DNA of 64,000 nucleotides, taken from positions 10,041,962-10,105,961 of the forward strand of contig CAVNZM010000007.1 of NCBI GenBank assembly GCA_963693365.1, written 5' to 3'. Shown piece after piece: positions 13,367 to 26,602 of this stretch. Under the pieces are notes generated by a model that worked only from the letters and a program-made list of their open reading frames with translations, did not search any database and had not been told where the DNA came from. How positions within the stretch are numbered: the stretch's first letter is position 1; each line of letters starts with the position of its first letter. Made by a program: the position numbers and the translations under genes. The DNA is from Amoebidium appalachense (taxonomy: Eukaryota > Protista > Ichthyosporea).

Positions 13367-13501
13367 AAACCCCCAGACAATACATGTGGCCGGGAGCACG
13401 TGTACCCATGCGCGCAGCCACCTACTCGGAATCCCAACACCACCCCAACTGCTGTCCGTCTGTCCTGACATACTGGTAATCCGACCATCCCCCCCCCCCC
13501 T

Positions 13502-13582
<81 letters not shown>

Positions 13583-15841
13583 GCTCAGCCAGCTCCTTGA
13601 TCTTGGGCAGCACCGAGTCCAGCCCAGACACAGCCTCCTGCCCTGCCTATGGCCCACACACAACACTTAGTCTTCAATTGATACTGCTTGTCTGTGAATG
13701 ACGGCATGGGCATTCGAACTGCACCGTGTCCGATTGGATATTGATATTGAAAGCGAATTAAAGGGGTTGGTAGTTCTGCTCCTGATTATGTAGTCTTCTA
13801 GTCTGATTACGTATTGATGATGGGTGGAAGGAAACAAGACAGGAGGGGAGGAGGGGGGAAGACGGAGAGGGAGAGAGAGAGAGAGGAGAGGTGGGGGGAT
13901 GGGAGGCGGGGGATTCACAGAGGGGACGAGAGGGGCGGAGCTGGAGCCAAATGGGTAGGGTGGATGGGTGGGGGTGGGGTTTGTGGGTAGGAAAGTACTG
14001 CGGAGGGAAGTAAGGGGGGGAGGGGTGGGAAGCATATAAGAGGGGGGCAGCAGTTGGGCTACTTTGACTTCAGGCAGGTCTGCCGGCAGGGTGGCCAGGA
14101 AGGAGGCCACATCTGTGGCCAGCCACGAGCAGTAGCGCAGCAGCCCCTTGCCGTTGATCTTGCGTGACGCCTGCAGCCGTGCTTGTGTGGGCATGCATAT
14201 CCGCATACCCCTCTTGCCCCTCCCCCCCCCCCTCCCCCCCTCCAAAAACACACACACACACACAAGAACACGCGTATTATACATACACACACACACACGC
14301 ACACACACACATACCCGAGCCCTCTTTCTCTCTGCTCGTTACCCAGAGAGACACACATGCTATGGATCCTGTCTAGAAATATTTTAACTGAAAAATAAGA
14401 AGTAGGAGCCAGTATGTTCACACGTCTTGCTACCTGTGCTACCTGTGTAACCCACAGCATTCATGCACACATTGGGGTTTGCAACCGCACCAAAACCCAA
14501 CAGACGGGGTGTGGATACCTTTTCCCCAACGGCAATTGAGCCAATCTCGTTCACGTTTGTCTGGTAGTTGACGTGCACTATGTCGATCCCATCCTGTTGT
14601 GGCATGCAGTCAGCAAAAGGGCCCAAAAACAAGATCCTAGTAGTCCGACACACTCAAACCAGCAGCAGAAAACAAGCCAACAGGCAGTCCGACAGGGAAG
14701 AGTTTCTTTACTCTCCACAAACATAACCCAATAGACTGTAAGGATTTACCACAATGCAATCAAGAGCCACCCCGAATAGGGGTGAAAACGTATATGGTGG
14801 AATATGGGCTGTCTAAGCGTGGGTGGGTTGGTTCATACGGATGCAGCCAGGCCCGGGTCCACAGAAGCCACTGAGTCCTTCTTAATTGCGGCTGTGAGGG
14901 ACCGCAGGCTGTCTGGGCTGCCCGGGGGGCTCTCTGGCTTGATTTCTTGCGTGGTCTGCCGCTTAATCTTCCACGACTGAATGAATGGGGGGGAAGATAG
15001 GGGGGGGGGGGGGGGGGAAGGAGGGAGGGAGGGGGGAGGGGGGAGGTGGAGAGGGATGTTAGATTGCGTTACTGAGTACGATATGAAGCACACAATCATG
15101 ACGGACAACACAATGCAGGTTGCATTACATATATCGATTGCGTTTCAAGGGGGGGGGGGGGGGGGGGGGGGGGGGGAGGGGGGGGGGGGAGGTGTAAATA
15201 TATCACACACCGCATGACCGGGTGAAGAGGGAAGCGGGCAAAAGATTAGCAATGGATTGATTGGTTAAGGCAAGGATGCAAACCACGTAAATGCACCTAG
15301 TTCAGTTTAGAAAGGCAGGTCGTTATGTGTGTATGCTTTTGGAGGCAGGGGGTGAGGTGGGGGGTGGGGGTGGGGGGGGAGACGGGGAATAAATAGAGAG
15401 AGAAAGGAAGGGGAGGGGAGGGGGAGCGACCAAACCAACAAGAAAAGCGCTATATCTGGAGACAGCGGGAAACATTGCTAGTATGGATTTTGACATACCC
15501 TCAGGGATGAGCGTGGGCCCACGTGATCGTAGATGATTGTGTGCTGCTGCATGGCCATGGTCTTCTCGTCCCCGGCAAGGGATGAAGTAGATACAAGAGA
15601 CAGCGACACAACACGCGTCAGGCCCGCTGTGGGAGGAGGAGGCCGGGGGGAATGGTCATGAGGGGTATGAGTGAGTGCTCTAATTGTGTGGTGGTTTTGG
15701 CGCGTGTGTGTTGAAACCGAGAAAAGGGTGCGATGGATGTAAGCATTAGGAGATAAAATATGTATTTGCATATGCAGTAGTGTGTTTGTGTGTGTGTGCT
15801 CCAGTGTGTGTGTGGGGGGGGGGGGGAGGAAGGGGGGGGAA

Positions 15842-15875
<34 letters not shown>

Positions 15876-17248
15876 AGGGGATGAGAAGAGATGCGAACGG
15901 ACCTGGCATAGAGACACGGGTGCCAAAAATAGAGGCTGCAAACTCTGGGACTTACAATATGCTCGCGTGTGCAATGAGTGCCCGTGTTTGTTGGGAGGGG
16001 GGGGGGGGGGGGGGGGGGGAGGGGCCACATACTTGCCGGGTCCAGGGGTATGGCTGCATCTGTGCGCTCCTTGATAACGGCCTGGATTGTGGCCTTCCAC
16101 TGCAGCACCTGAATGGGGGTAAAGGCCCTCAGAACATAGCCAGACATCCACATCCCCTCCCCCCCTCCCCCCTCCCCTCCCTCCCCCCTTCCCCCCCTCC
16201 CCGCGCTCCCCACTCCCCACCCTCCACCGGCCCACCCCGGGTTCCCCTGTGGTGCCGCATACACCGCCCCCTTCACCAAACCACCTGCCCCTCCCTCCCC
16301 CCCTCCCCGCCCCCCCCTTCCCCCCCCCCCAAAAAAAAAACACGTTTGTGGCATGCATGCAGAGTACAGGCAGGCTGTATGGTACCTTCTTGGGGGTGTC
16401 GATGATGCCGGACCTGACCACTGTGTGTGTGTCTGCCACGTGTGTGCTGTACACGTTCATCAGGTGTGTGCTCGGCTCGGTGTCCTGCACCAGCAGGGTG
16501 TGAGCTGATATAGATTGTGAACAGTGGGGATAATGCATTGGCTATGCAGCATATTGAGGATACACAAGAGTGCATAGGTGTAGGACAGTGAGGCGTCGGA
16601 GGTGGATTGTAACAAAGGTCGTGCTTTGGTGAAGAAAGTATTCCCTGAAAAGAACCATGCTGCACACCCCAGAGGGTCTATGTGTCCGTCTGCGTGAGTG
16701 TGTGTTGGTCGTCTCGTGTGGGGAACATCTCTGCATCTCGGTGATCTTGCCTACTTTTAAGACCAGGTCACTTAATGTAAGGGGGATTTGGAGAGGGGAA
16801 GGGGGGAGCGGTGGGAGGGGGGGGAAGGGGGGGGTTGGGGGGGGTGGGGGGGGTGGGGGAACGGGGAGGAGCACTCACCAGCAGCCTACGCCATGCCGTG
16901 CCAACGGTACCTTTGAAAGGAATGGCATCCCATTGGTCTGTTGGGTGTGCACAGGTCAGAACTGTCCATGTCCATTGATGCATGGGGATATACTTATACT
17001 GTCATGCCTCTGTGGTATAGGTCAGGCAGCACGTGTGCCTTATAGCCACGTCATATGGCATAAAGGGGAAGGGGGAGAGAGGGGTAAAGGGGAAGTAAGG
17101 GGGGAGGTTTGTGGGAAAGGGGGGGTGGAGTATGCTTGAGAGGTTGGGGAAAGCGAAAAAATGTCCGAATGTGTGTGTGTTTGCATGTGTGTGCGTTTGT
17201 ATTGTGGGGCAGATATTTAGGACCCGGGGGGGGAGGGGGGGAAGGGGA

Positions 17249-17285
<37 letters not shown>

Positions 17286-20200
17286 GTGGTACAGAGGTGG
17301 TGAAGATTATGGTAACGGTGCGCAGTTTTGTGGGGGAAGGGGGGAGGGTAGGGGGAGGGGGGTGGGGAGAGGGGGGGGGGGGGGGGGGTCATTGGTGGGG
17401 CGCTAGGTAGGGGAAGTGATGGAAGGGAAAGGGGAGGCCTTGGTGGTTGGGGCATGGGGGAGGTAGGTGATGGCGGTGACAGTGTGTTTAAGATGCCCCT
17501 CCGGGGGAAGGGGGGGGGAGGGAGGGGGGAGCGGGGCGGAAGAAGAAGGAGGGGGAGAGGGGGGGGAGGGGGGAAGGATTCAAGGCACCTGGATCGGACT
17601 TGGAAGGAGTGAAAGACCAGTCAGTCAGCTGGCAGGCCACAACCTGGCCGTTAGCAGCCCACCGGCACGAGATGTGGCGGGGCCACTGGGCTATGTCCGA
17701 GATCACATGCGCACACACCTCCCCACACACAACTGCATGCCCACAATGTGAGAACGGGGCAATAACAATGGCATACCTAGCTTTGATGGCATGGTTCAAG
17801 TCTCCTTTGACAGCTACCTGGCTCATAAACACTTCCCCCCACTCTATTATCTTATCGGTGACCACTTTCCATATTGTTCCCCACCACCCACACACTTGCA
17901 GTTTCTGCCTCTGTTCCCCCTGTTTAACCTTCGCCCTGGGGGGCCACCTTTCCTCTGCTTTGGCCTCTTCTCTTTTCTCCCCTCCCTTATCTCCTCCCCC
18001 CCCCCCCCCTCCCCCCCATTCCAGTACCCCCCCTCCCCCCCTCTCCCCCCGTCCCCCAAACACACCCACCCACCCCCTATCCCGTCCCCCCACCCTCCTC
18101 TCCCAGAGCTATGTACTCTTCCCCTACCCCCCCCCCCCCCCACTTCGGAACCACATAAACATTCCTATCTCTCTGCGGCATCTCAACCCCCAACCCCGCC
18201 CCCTACCTCACCAGCTCCTAATCAAAAGGTAACAGCAGGAGCCAGAGGACACGGGACACACCTTCAGCAATGAACTGTGTGGCTTTGTCTTGCGGCATTT
18301 TGCACTTTTCCAGCCTGCAGGGTCGCATGCATCAGTGGTTATCCTGAGCACAAGTAGCAAGGCACAACAGGCCAAAGCACAAGAGAGAGGGCATTAATGT
18401 ATTAATGTGAAAAAGGGGTGATGATGGTGTGGGATAAGGGCGACGGCGGGGGAGGAGGGGGGGGGGGGGGGGGGGGGGGGCGGGCTGGATCACCGATAAA
18501 GTGATGTTCCTTGCCACGGAAAAACAGTAATTATCTGACAACCGTCAAAGGTGCAGTTTTTATGAGGAATTTATTTGTGTGTTAGTCGGAGGAATTCATG
18601 GAGAGGAGGGATGTGGGATGGGGAAAGATGGAGAAAGAGAGTAGGGAGAGAGGGAGGGAAACAGGGTAGTGGAGAAGAAGGGAAAAGCAAAAAGAGAGGG
18701 AGGTAAGAAGTGGTTGCAAGGATGGGTTTTTTAGGATTGGGTAAAAGGGCAGGGGGGAGGGAGGGAGGGGGAGGCGGGGGGAGGCGGTGGGGGGGGGGGG
18801 GGGGGGGCGAGGGGGGGATATTCATTCATTAATGTACGCACTGTCATGATCTCATGATGTGCATGTGCCCTAATGTGCATTCGAGAGACAACTTTCAACA
18901 TAGACGAGACGCACAACCCGAGAGTCCCAGAATAGGGCACACACCTGTGCACGGGATTTTGTGAGTGGGTGTGCAGTGACAGGCGGGGGGTGTATGTTGC
19001 ATAGCTGGACACTGGGCCCGGGTTGGCTACCGATCCACTGCTGCTCACACTGACTGAGTCCTCATCCTGCCCCTGTGGTGGCAGGGGCTCGCTGCTGAAG
19101 CTGTGCACACCTGCAATGCCCAACCAAAAAACATGCTGAGTCCGCATTGCTCAGGCCATAAGTGCAACCTCTAATGGTGTGCATGAAGAGACTGAGAACC
19201 AGAGGTTGAGGCCGGTGGGAAAGGGAAAGGACCGGTGTGGAGGGGAAGGAGGGGAAGAGGGATGGGGGAAGGAGGGAGGGGAGGAGAGGTGACTCAGAGA
19301 AAAAGGGTTTGGGCAGACAGAGAGGCACGTGGGGATGCATGGGGAGGGGTAAGGACGGGTAGGACCTGGGGTGTGTGTGCGCACGGGCCGCGTGGAGGGG
19401 GGGGGGAGGGGGGGAAGGTATGGGAGGGGCAAGCAACCTCTGAAGATCTGGGACACGTTGTCACTGCTGGCTCTTGGGCTTGCTGGGTCATCCCCTGCAG
19501 GCAAGGCCACGTCATCAACTTGCCATCATACTGCTTGTTGGTACATGTGCCCCCCCCCCTCCCCCCCCCTCCCCCCCCCTCCCCCCGCCCCACCATCACC
19601 AACCACCACCACCACTACCAGCACCACCAACACCACTTCCAAAAAACAAAAAACACACACACGCACACACGCACACACACAGATGTACATATCTCCCACC
19701 CCACCTCTTCCTTGCCATCCTACTGTTTGTTAGTAAATGTTCCCCCCCTCTCCCCCCCCCCCCTCCCCCCTTTAAGTCCCCTCCCCCCTGCCCCCGCCCT
19801 CCCCCCCCCCCCCCCCCCCCCCCAACAACAACAACACACCCACACACATACAGACACACATAGACAGAGGCGCACATCATCCATCCCCCCTCTTCCACGT
19901 TTCCCAACAACACTAGAACAATACGATTCACCACTGGCCACCGCAATACACACACTACTAGGGCTCATTCTGGTAGTGTCAACACACACCCCATGGCCAT
20001 CCAAGATATCCTCCCGTTATGCAAACCTGCCAATGTGTCAGGACTTACCCTTCTTCTCCTTCCTCTTGCGCTTGAACAACGAGGTCACGCTCGAACTGGA
20101 AATGGACTTGCCATCAGCCCCGGCTCTGAAACGAGAATTAGTGAGATATTGCTACCAAGATACGGGTTTAAAGGGGGGCCTTACACGCATAGCGTTCAGG

Positions 20201-20319
20201 GGGGGGGGGGGGGGAGGGGGGAGAGGGGGGGGGGGAGGGGGGGGGGGGGAGGAGAAGAGAGAGGGATAGAGAGCGAGAGAGAAAGGGAGAGAAGCAGGGT
20301 TGGAGAGGGGGCAATGAAG

Positions 20320-20390
<71 letters not shown>

Positions 20391-20822
20391 CATGTGTCGG
20401 CGTGCATGTGAGTGTGTGTGTGTGCCCGCGCGCGCGCGCGTGCGTGCGTGTGCGTGCGTGCGTGTGTGTGTGTGTGCATGTATGGGGTCTGGCAAGCAGA
20501 TGTCTGCAGGTGTAGGCCATGGAGGTGTGGCTGGTGGGTTGGATGCATACCTCTCACTGGCAGCAGTATCAACGTCATCAGTGGCCAGCAGTGACGTGCT
20601 GTGAAGGCCCACCCCATATTAGCCCCCAATACCTAAAGACAGGTTTGGATGGTGTGGTGTAGTTGCTACTGAGAGTGGCTGTGCATGTGACTGTGTGCAT
20701 GTGCCTTGTGCTTGGGATGCACGTGACTTTATGTGTATGTGTTCAATGGCACTGGCAGAGAATTATTCTGGTGGTGGTGGTGTGTGTGTGTCTGGGGGGG
20801 GGGGGGGGGGGGGGGGGAGAGA

Positions 20823-20853
<31 letters not shown>

Positions 20854-21213
20854 AGGGGAGGGGGAGGGGGGGGGGGGGGGAGGGGGGGGAAGGGATTTAT
20901 AGGCATTGCTGGACTATATGTGATGGTGAAGGAAGTAGGGTCTTGATGTGTGTGTGTGAGTGTTCCCAGGGGGTGGGAGGAGGGGTGGGGGTGGGGGGTT
21001 GAGGGGTGGGGTGGGGCCGATGGGGGGGAGGGGGGGAGGGGAAGGGGGGAAAGAAGGGGCTAGGGAGACGATTTGCCGGAGGTGGGGCAGAGCATAAGAA
21101 ACCGAAACATCCTACTGCAACAGCAACAATACAAAAATGATATGCCCAAAAATATACGAGAACGTAACCCGTAAGGACTTCATTACAGTAAGCCCCCCTT
21201 CCCCAACTCCCCT

Positions 21214-21284
<71 letters not shown>

Positions 21285-22397
21285 AACAAACACACACACA
21301 AAAACACGAAAAAAAAGAGGAAAAAAAAAAGAAAAAAAAAACCTTTGATAAATAAAACATTTTCCCCCCTCCCCCACCCTTCCCCTGCCCCACCACCATT
21401 TCTACCACCATCAAGTTCTACTCTTTCCCTTTACCCGTTATCCAACCACCCATGTCCACTGCACCGGTTCCCTTTGAAAAATGCGGTGCACACCTCCCCC
21501 CCTCCCCTCCCCCCTTCTTCCCCCCTTTTAACTCTCCATCCCCCACCCTCTGCTTCGGGAAGTTCTCTCCTCTCGTAGCCAATCAAATACTAGCTTTGTT
21601 TTGTCCGCACTTCCTTAAACTGTCTGCCCGCAACACTGCACCGACCCTTGCCCTTTTTCTGACATATTAGGGTCGATGAAGAAAATGCATGTTTGGGTAT
21701 TGCCCAATATTTAAATATCTGTTCTCCCATTGGGTGTTTGTTTGGGAAAGGGGAGGGGGGGGGGGGGGGGGGGGGGAGGAGAGGGGGGCGGAGGGGGGGG
21801 GGGGGGAGGTGAAGGGGGGAGGGAGCAAGAGGGATGTTAATGGAGAGGGAGAGGGGCAGAGTGCAGAAGGGCATAAAAAGAACAACGAGGATGGCTAACA
21901 GAGCACAGGCACACACCTTGAGGCCTCTGCCTTGGGGTCCACTGTGCTGATGCTATGACCCTCGGGTGGAATAACTATCTCCCCATCTGGTCGGGACCAC
22001 ATTTGGTTAGTGTAAAATCTAAGTATGGATGATGTAAAATCGGAACAATTTTTTTCGATCTCCGGTTATGAGGTTTTGTGAAACTAAAAAGAGTTGATAA
22101 AAGATACTGAACAACTAACTACATACAAGGTAAAATGCAATTCTCAATGGGCAGTGTAGTGCAACCCAGGAATACACGTATGGCCACATACCCAGTTGCT
22201 TGAGGGAGTCTGCCACAATCTCAATGACGGCCTTCTGCTCCTTGTTGAGGACTGGGGTGGAGTGCGGCAGTCAGTAACAGCACAGCCCCGGCAAAAGTAG
22301 GAAACATTCGCCTTTCATTTTCATTGTTTCCCCCTTTTTTTCATTTAATTTGTATAGTTTTTGGAGCATTTAGACATTGGCGAAGGGGGCATTTTTT

Positions 22398-22431
<34 letters not shown>

Positions 22432-22548
22432 GGAGGGAGGGGGGGAGGGGAGAGGGGGGGGGGGGTTGCAGCTGACTCGGATATGAAGCGCATTCTGACT
22501 CAGATATAAAGCGCAATCCGGGTAATCTTAGAACGTGGGGGTGGGGAA

Positions 22549-22579
<31 letters not shown>

Positions 22580-23236
22580 GATGTATGCGTTTGAAGGTTG
22601 GCAATATGGAGGAGACAACAAAGAGCAACAACGGGGAGGGGGGGAGGGGGGACTTGGGGGGAGTTGGGGGATGGTACAGCGAACAAGCATACAAAGCTAT
22701 ATCAAACCCAAGTTAACCTTGCAGTATCACCCTGGAATAAGTTAGTAACATGATAACCTGCAAGGGGTAGTTGCCTCTGCAGGAATGTTCTGTGACAGGC
22801 ATGCATACAATTACAGCAATAGTAGCTTCTTTACTTAAACCCACCCACACTGTTACATGTGATCCAACTTACATTTCTGCAGGCGTGAGAGGTCTATGTT
22901 AACGGGCTGGGGCTGTGGCCTTCTGTCTCTGCTGCCCAGACCAAGGCCCACGGGCATCCAGCTCTTGGGCCTCCCTCCTGAACACAACAGTTAGCAGGCA
23001 ACCGAATTGACACACATACTGTCCACTGCAGGCAAGATGTGCATGTTATCAACTATTTTTATCTGTGTGGTTTATACTCCTTTTTTTAACCCTTTTCCCC
23101 ACCTTTTCATTTCCTTTTTTATTTGGCTTTCTTTTTCACTGCTTGGGAGGTACGGGGGCAAAGAAGGGAGGGAGAGAGGAAGGGAGGGGTGGGGTGGGGG
23201 GAGCAGTAAAGGGCCGTGTGTGTGTGTGTGTGTGTG

Positions 23237-23287
<51 letters not shown>

Positions 23288-23384
23288 GCGTGTGCGTGTG
23301 TGTGTGTGGGTGGGTGGGTGTGTGTGTGTGCGCGCGCGCGCGCCCGTGTGTGTGTGTGTGTGTGTGTGCATGCGTGCACGCGTG

Positions 23385-23434
<50 letters not shown>

Positions 23435-23447
23435 CGTGTCCGCGCTC

Positions 23448-23478
<31 letters not shown>

Positions 23479-23939
23479 CATATGTGTGTGTGTGTGTTGG
23501 GTGTGTGGATCTGTGCGTGGGTAGAACATTGGGGGGAAGGAGGGGAGGACGGGCGTGATTCATAGTTTTAGCCATAGAGACCCCTAGCCAATCAACCACA
23601 AAATTGCCGTGCGCAAACACAACAAAAAAGTGCCTACCTGGTGTTGTGGGTGTGGATGCAGCTGTTGATTGGTCCTTCTTCTTGCCGTCATCTGTGAGGG
23701 TATCAGGCTTTATAGGCATACCGAGAGCTCAACGGTGCAAGAGACGATGTGCATAATAAAGAGAGCAGTAGGCCCTGTGTGAAAGCGAGCTTTTACCGGC
23801 CATGGATGTCTTCTGTCTTCAAAATTCCAATAGTATGGCCATGGCGATCCGACCACATGTACTGCAGAGCAACGATGGGGCTTCCACGACAGGGAGTTTT
23901 ACATTTGAAGATAGGAGGTGGGTACAAAAAAAGTTCTCC

Positions 23940-24038
<99 letters not shown>

Positions 24039-25298
24039 GGGGAGCCGGGGTTTCAATTTCGTTTCTTTATTAAATTTTACCACTGACTTTCAAGTGCACC
24101 TGTGAATGATAATCTGCAATGTACTGGCATAAAATGTATGTACTTTAAAGCTAAAGTTGGAATCGATTCGTAGTATCACATCATATTCTTCGAGTCTATG
24201 GCCCACACATATCCACAACCCATCAATCACAGGCGCACCGTTGCAAGCAGAACAATTCACAATACCTTGGGAAGGGTCAGGGTTGCGGGGCCGAGTAAGA
24301 GTATGAAGGATGACACATGTGGCCACGGCAATGCTGAATACAGCCGCAAGCTGAACGCTTACCACCACCTGCAGAAGGTGGCACCAATAAGGTTAGGCAC
24401 TGTGCGTGATGGCATACGGGGGAGTAACTCGTTTTGGCCATCTAGTCCACATATCGTTAATAGACAAGCAGATTTACAAGCTAGCACAAAACCAAAAGAG
24501 AGTTCGTCTTATTTACTAGTATTGGTTATGTAACAAGAAGAAAATAGCATATACAACGGTGAAGGTCTGCTCGTCAACTAGATAAGATCTAAACGACCAA
24601 GGTTCCTGAGGAGATCTGGTAGGAGCAAGCGGATGCTGAACGACTTTTGAGAGTATTTTGTGTAATCCGCCTAGCATATGGTTTTTTTTGCTTTGCTGGT
24701 GTTCTAAACTTGTGATACACACAGCCCCGGCAGGGAACTCTCCATATACTCACCCAGGTGCCCCAAGCTGAACGCCGGATCTCAGCTGTAACCAGGCCCC
24801 CTGGTATGGGCAACCAAGCTTCCAAAGTGGCTGACCACTTCTGGATTAGTGCTGGCTGTGGTTTCTGGCGCAGAAGCCATGATGGCAGTAGGTCATGTTT
24901 CTCAAATGCTTCCGAAAGCTGTATGTTTGCATCCGGAAAATGCACATATTCACTAAGTTGGGGCTCTGGATCTCGGGGCACAGCTTACAGCTTCAAACAA
25001 AACAACTGGCACACGCCAGTGTGCCGGAGTCTCTGCCAAAGCCCAAGATTGAGGTGTTTCCAGACACGTGTAAGCATGCAGATGTATCAATGGAGATGCA
25101 GGAACTTATGTTTTTAGCACAGAGAAATTGAGTGACTCGGAGGCAGAAACAAGATTCTGAGAGGTACAGTGCAAATATACTGAGTTGGGGTTTGGCGTTT
25201 GACAAGGATCTTGACGGTGCAGATGCTGAGAATAGGAACAGAGCAGTGAAGAAAGCACAAGGGCATAACATGCTTACCGTTCGTATGATGGCAGACAT
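8720..25298 (-). CDS. SopB/IpgD-like CX5R phosphoinositide phosphatase with N-terminal membrane anchor, ~910 aa, 30 exons
   Basis: Phase-consistent GT-AG exons: 25298-25278, 24918-24754, 24368-24266, 23691-23638, 22977-22873, 22251-22192, 21986-21917, 20598-20551, 20125-20049, 19494-19438, 19110-18945, 18314-18262, 17732-17589, 16937-16879, 16484-16386, 16108-16033, 15626-15499, 14976-14839, 14593-14519, 14170-14063, 13646-13581, 13055-12993, 12749-12627, 12152-12093, 11664-11584, 11276-11160, 10771-10643, 9479-9432, 9158-9067, 8867-8720. Total 2733 nt, no internal stop. Contains [11 protein letters not shown]|GL plus several upstream and downstream SopB-like motifs in order. The first exon is the least certain. 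Confidence 0.8.
23215..23500. repeat. Intronic (GT)n/(CA)n microsatellite
   Basis: Seen directly. A further pure (GT)n lies at 23946-24034. Confidence 0.95.
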
Positions 25299-26049
25299 TA
25301 TGTAGAAGTTTTCTAGCAACAGCCACGGATTAGTTGTGTTTGTGCTTCAACAAAAACAGCAGTTCCTTTACTTCAGCTGTGTGGGGTGGTGCTCAACAGT
25401 TGGAACATGTAAAAGCCGGACGCCCGCCTATGATTCCACTCCAACGTGACGAAAAATCCTTTTCCCACCAGCAGTTCTACATATATAGTGCTAATCGTAA
25501 TGTCTCTCTCTCATGTGCCTACTTAGAGTATACAATGTTTGGCTACATGGGTAGGTTCAACTCGGGAAGCCTTCTTTCTCCCAGCTGGCTAAAAGTTCGG
25601 AAGTGCGAGTTCCCTAATGATCGTTAGCTAAAGAGCCCCACCCAAAAAAACATAACTCGTGAAGTTTTTATTGTCTTCTCCGTATGCCGTGCATACTTGC
25701 ATATCTTTCCGTTGAATAAATCCAGTCAAAAGAAAAAAAAAACATACATGCAGACCGGAACCTACTGTGATCAGAATAGGCCACAAAATACATAAATGGT
25801 GCCTCAAAAAATTCAGTGATTGTATATTCTAACAGCTTTTAGATCAAAATAGAATAAATAAAGAAGCTTAAAAAAAAGCTAGAAATGACCGTGAAGAGAA
25901 AAAAATAAATATGCTTTATGAAGTGCACTTTTGTAGGAACCCCCACCTCTGCAACCCAAAATGGTAAGTTGTGCAGCTCTCAGTCATCCAATGAGATTCG
26001 TTCAATGATACCGTTTTAGCCAATCGTTTCTGCTTTGAATTCAAAAAGT

Positions 26050-26100
26050 CCGCGGGGCGCGGCCGCGGGCGGAGCCAGAACTGTGCCGGACCAGGACCGG
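26050..26100. promoter_or_regulatory. GC/CpG-rich patch with GC box, candidate promoter of the phosphatase gene
   Basis: CCGCGGGGCGCGGCCGCGGGCGGAG in otherwise AT-rich DNA, ~0.75 kb upstream of the putative ATG at 25298. Confidence 0.35.
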
Positions 26101-26566
26101 ATGTGAGCGTGCACATGTACAGCCAAACGCCAGTGACTTGAAGTCTAGGCTGTTTCATAAAACTAGCTCTGCAGCCTAACACGTACTGACGTGTTGCCGC
26201 ACGTGCGACGTTTTTACATCTACTCAGGTCCCTTTTAAGTTAAAAAAAAAAAAAAAAAAGAAAAAAGAAAGGAGACACCGCCTCAGTAGGTGGTAGCTCT
26301 GCAGCCATGTTTTATTATAGCTCCTTTTATCCTTTTTTCAAATTCAACAAAAGAGTAAGCAACCTGGGGCACGGGAGCAGCAATTCAATTGCCAAAATTC
26401 AACCCTACCCCCCTCCCCCCCTCCCCCCTCTCCGCCCCCTTCCCCCCCCCCCCCCCCCCTTCCCCCCTCCCCCTCCCCGGCCCCCTCCCCCCCCCACCCC
26501 TCCACACACACACCCTTCCCCCCCCCCCGCCACCCTTCCCCCAGGACCCATCTCCTCCCCTCCTTC

Positions 26567-26602
<36 letters not shown>

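Noticed and set aside
9895-13421. Additional candidate exons of the phosphatase gene at ~9966-9896 and 13421-13384
   Set aside because: Both break the reading phase. Skipping them gives continuous joins (VNMME|VGWKII, ELAEQ|TYWEV).
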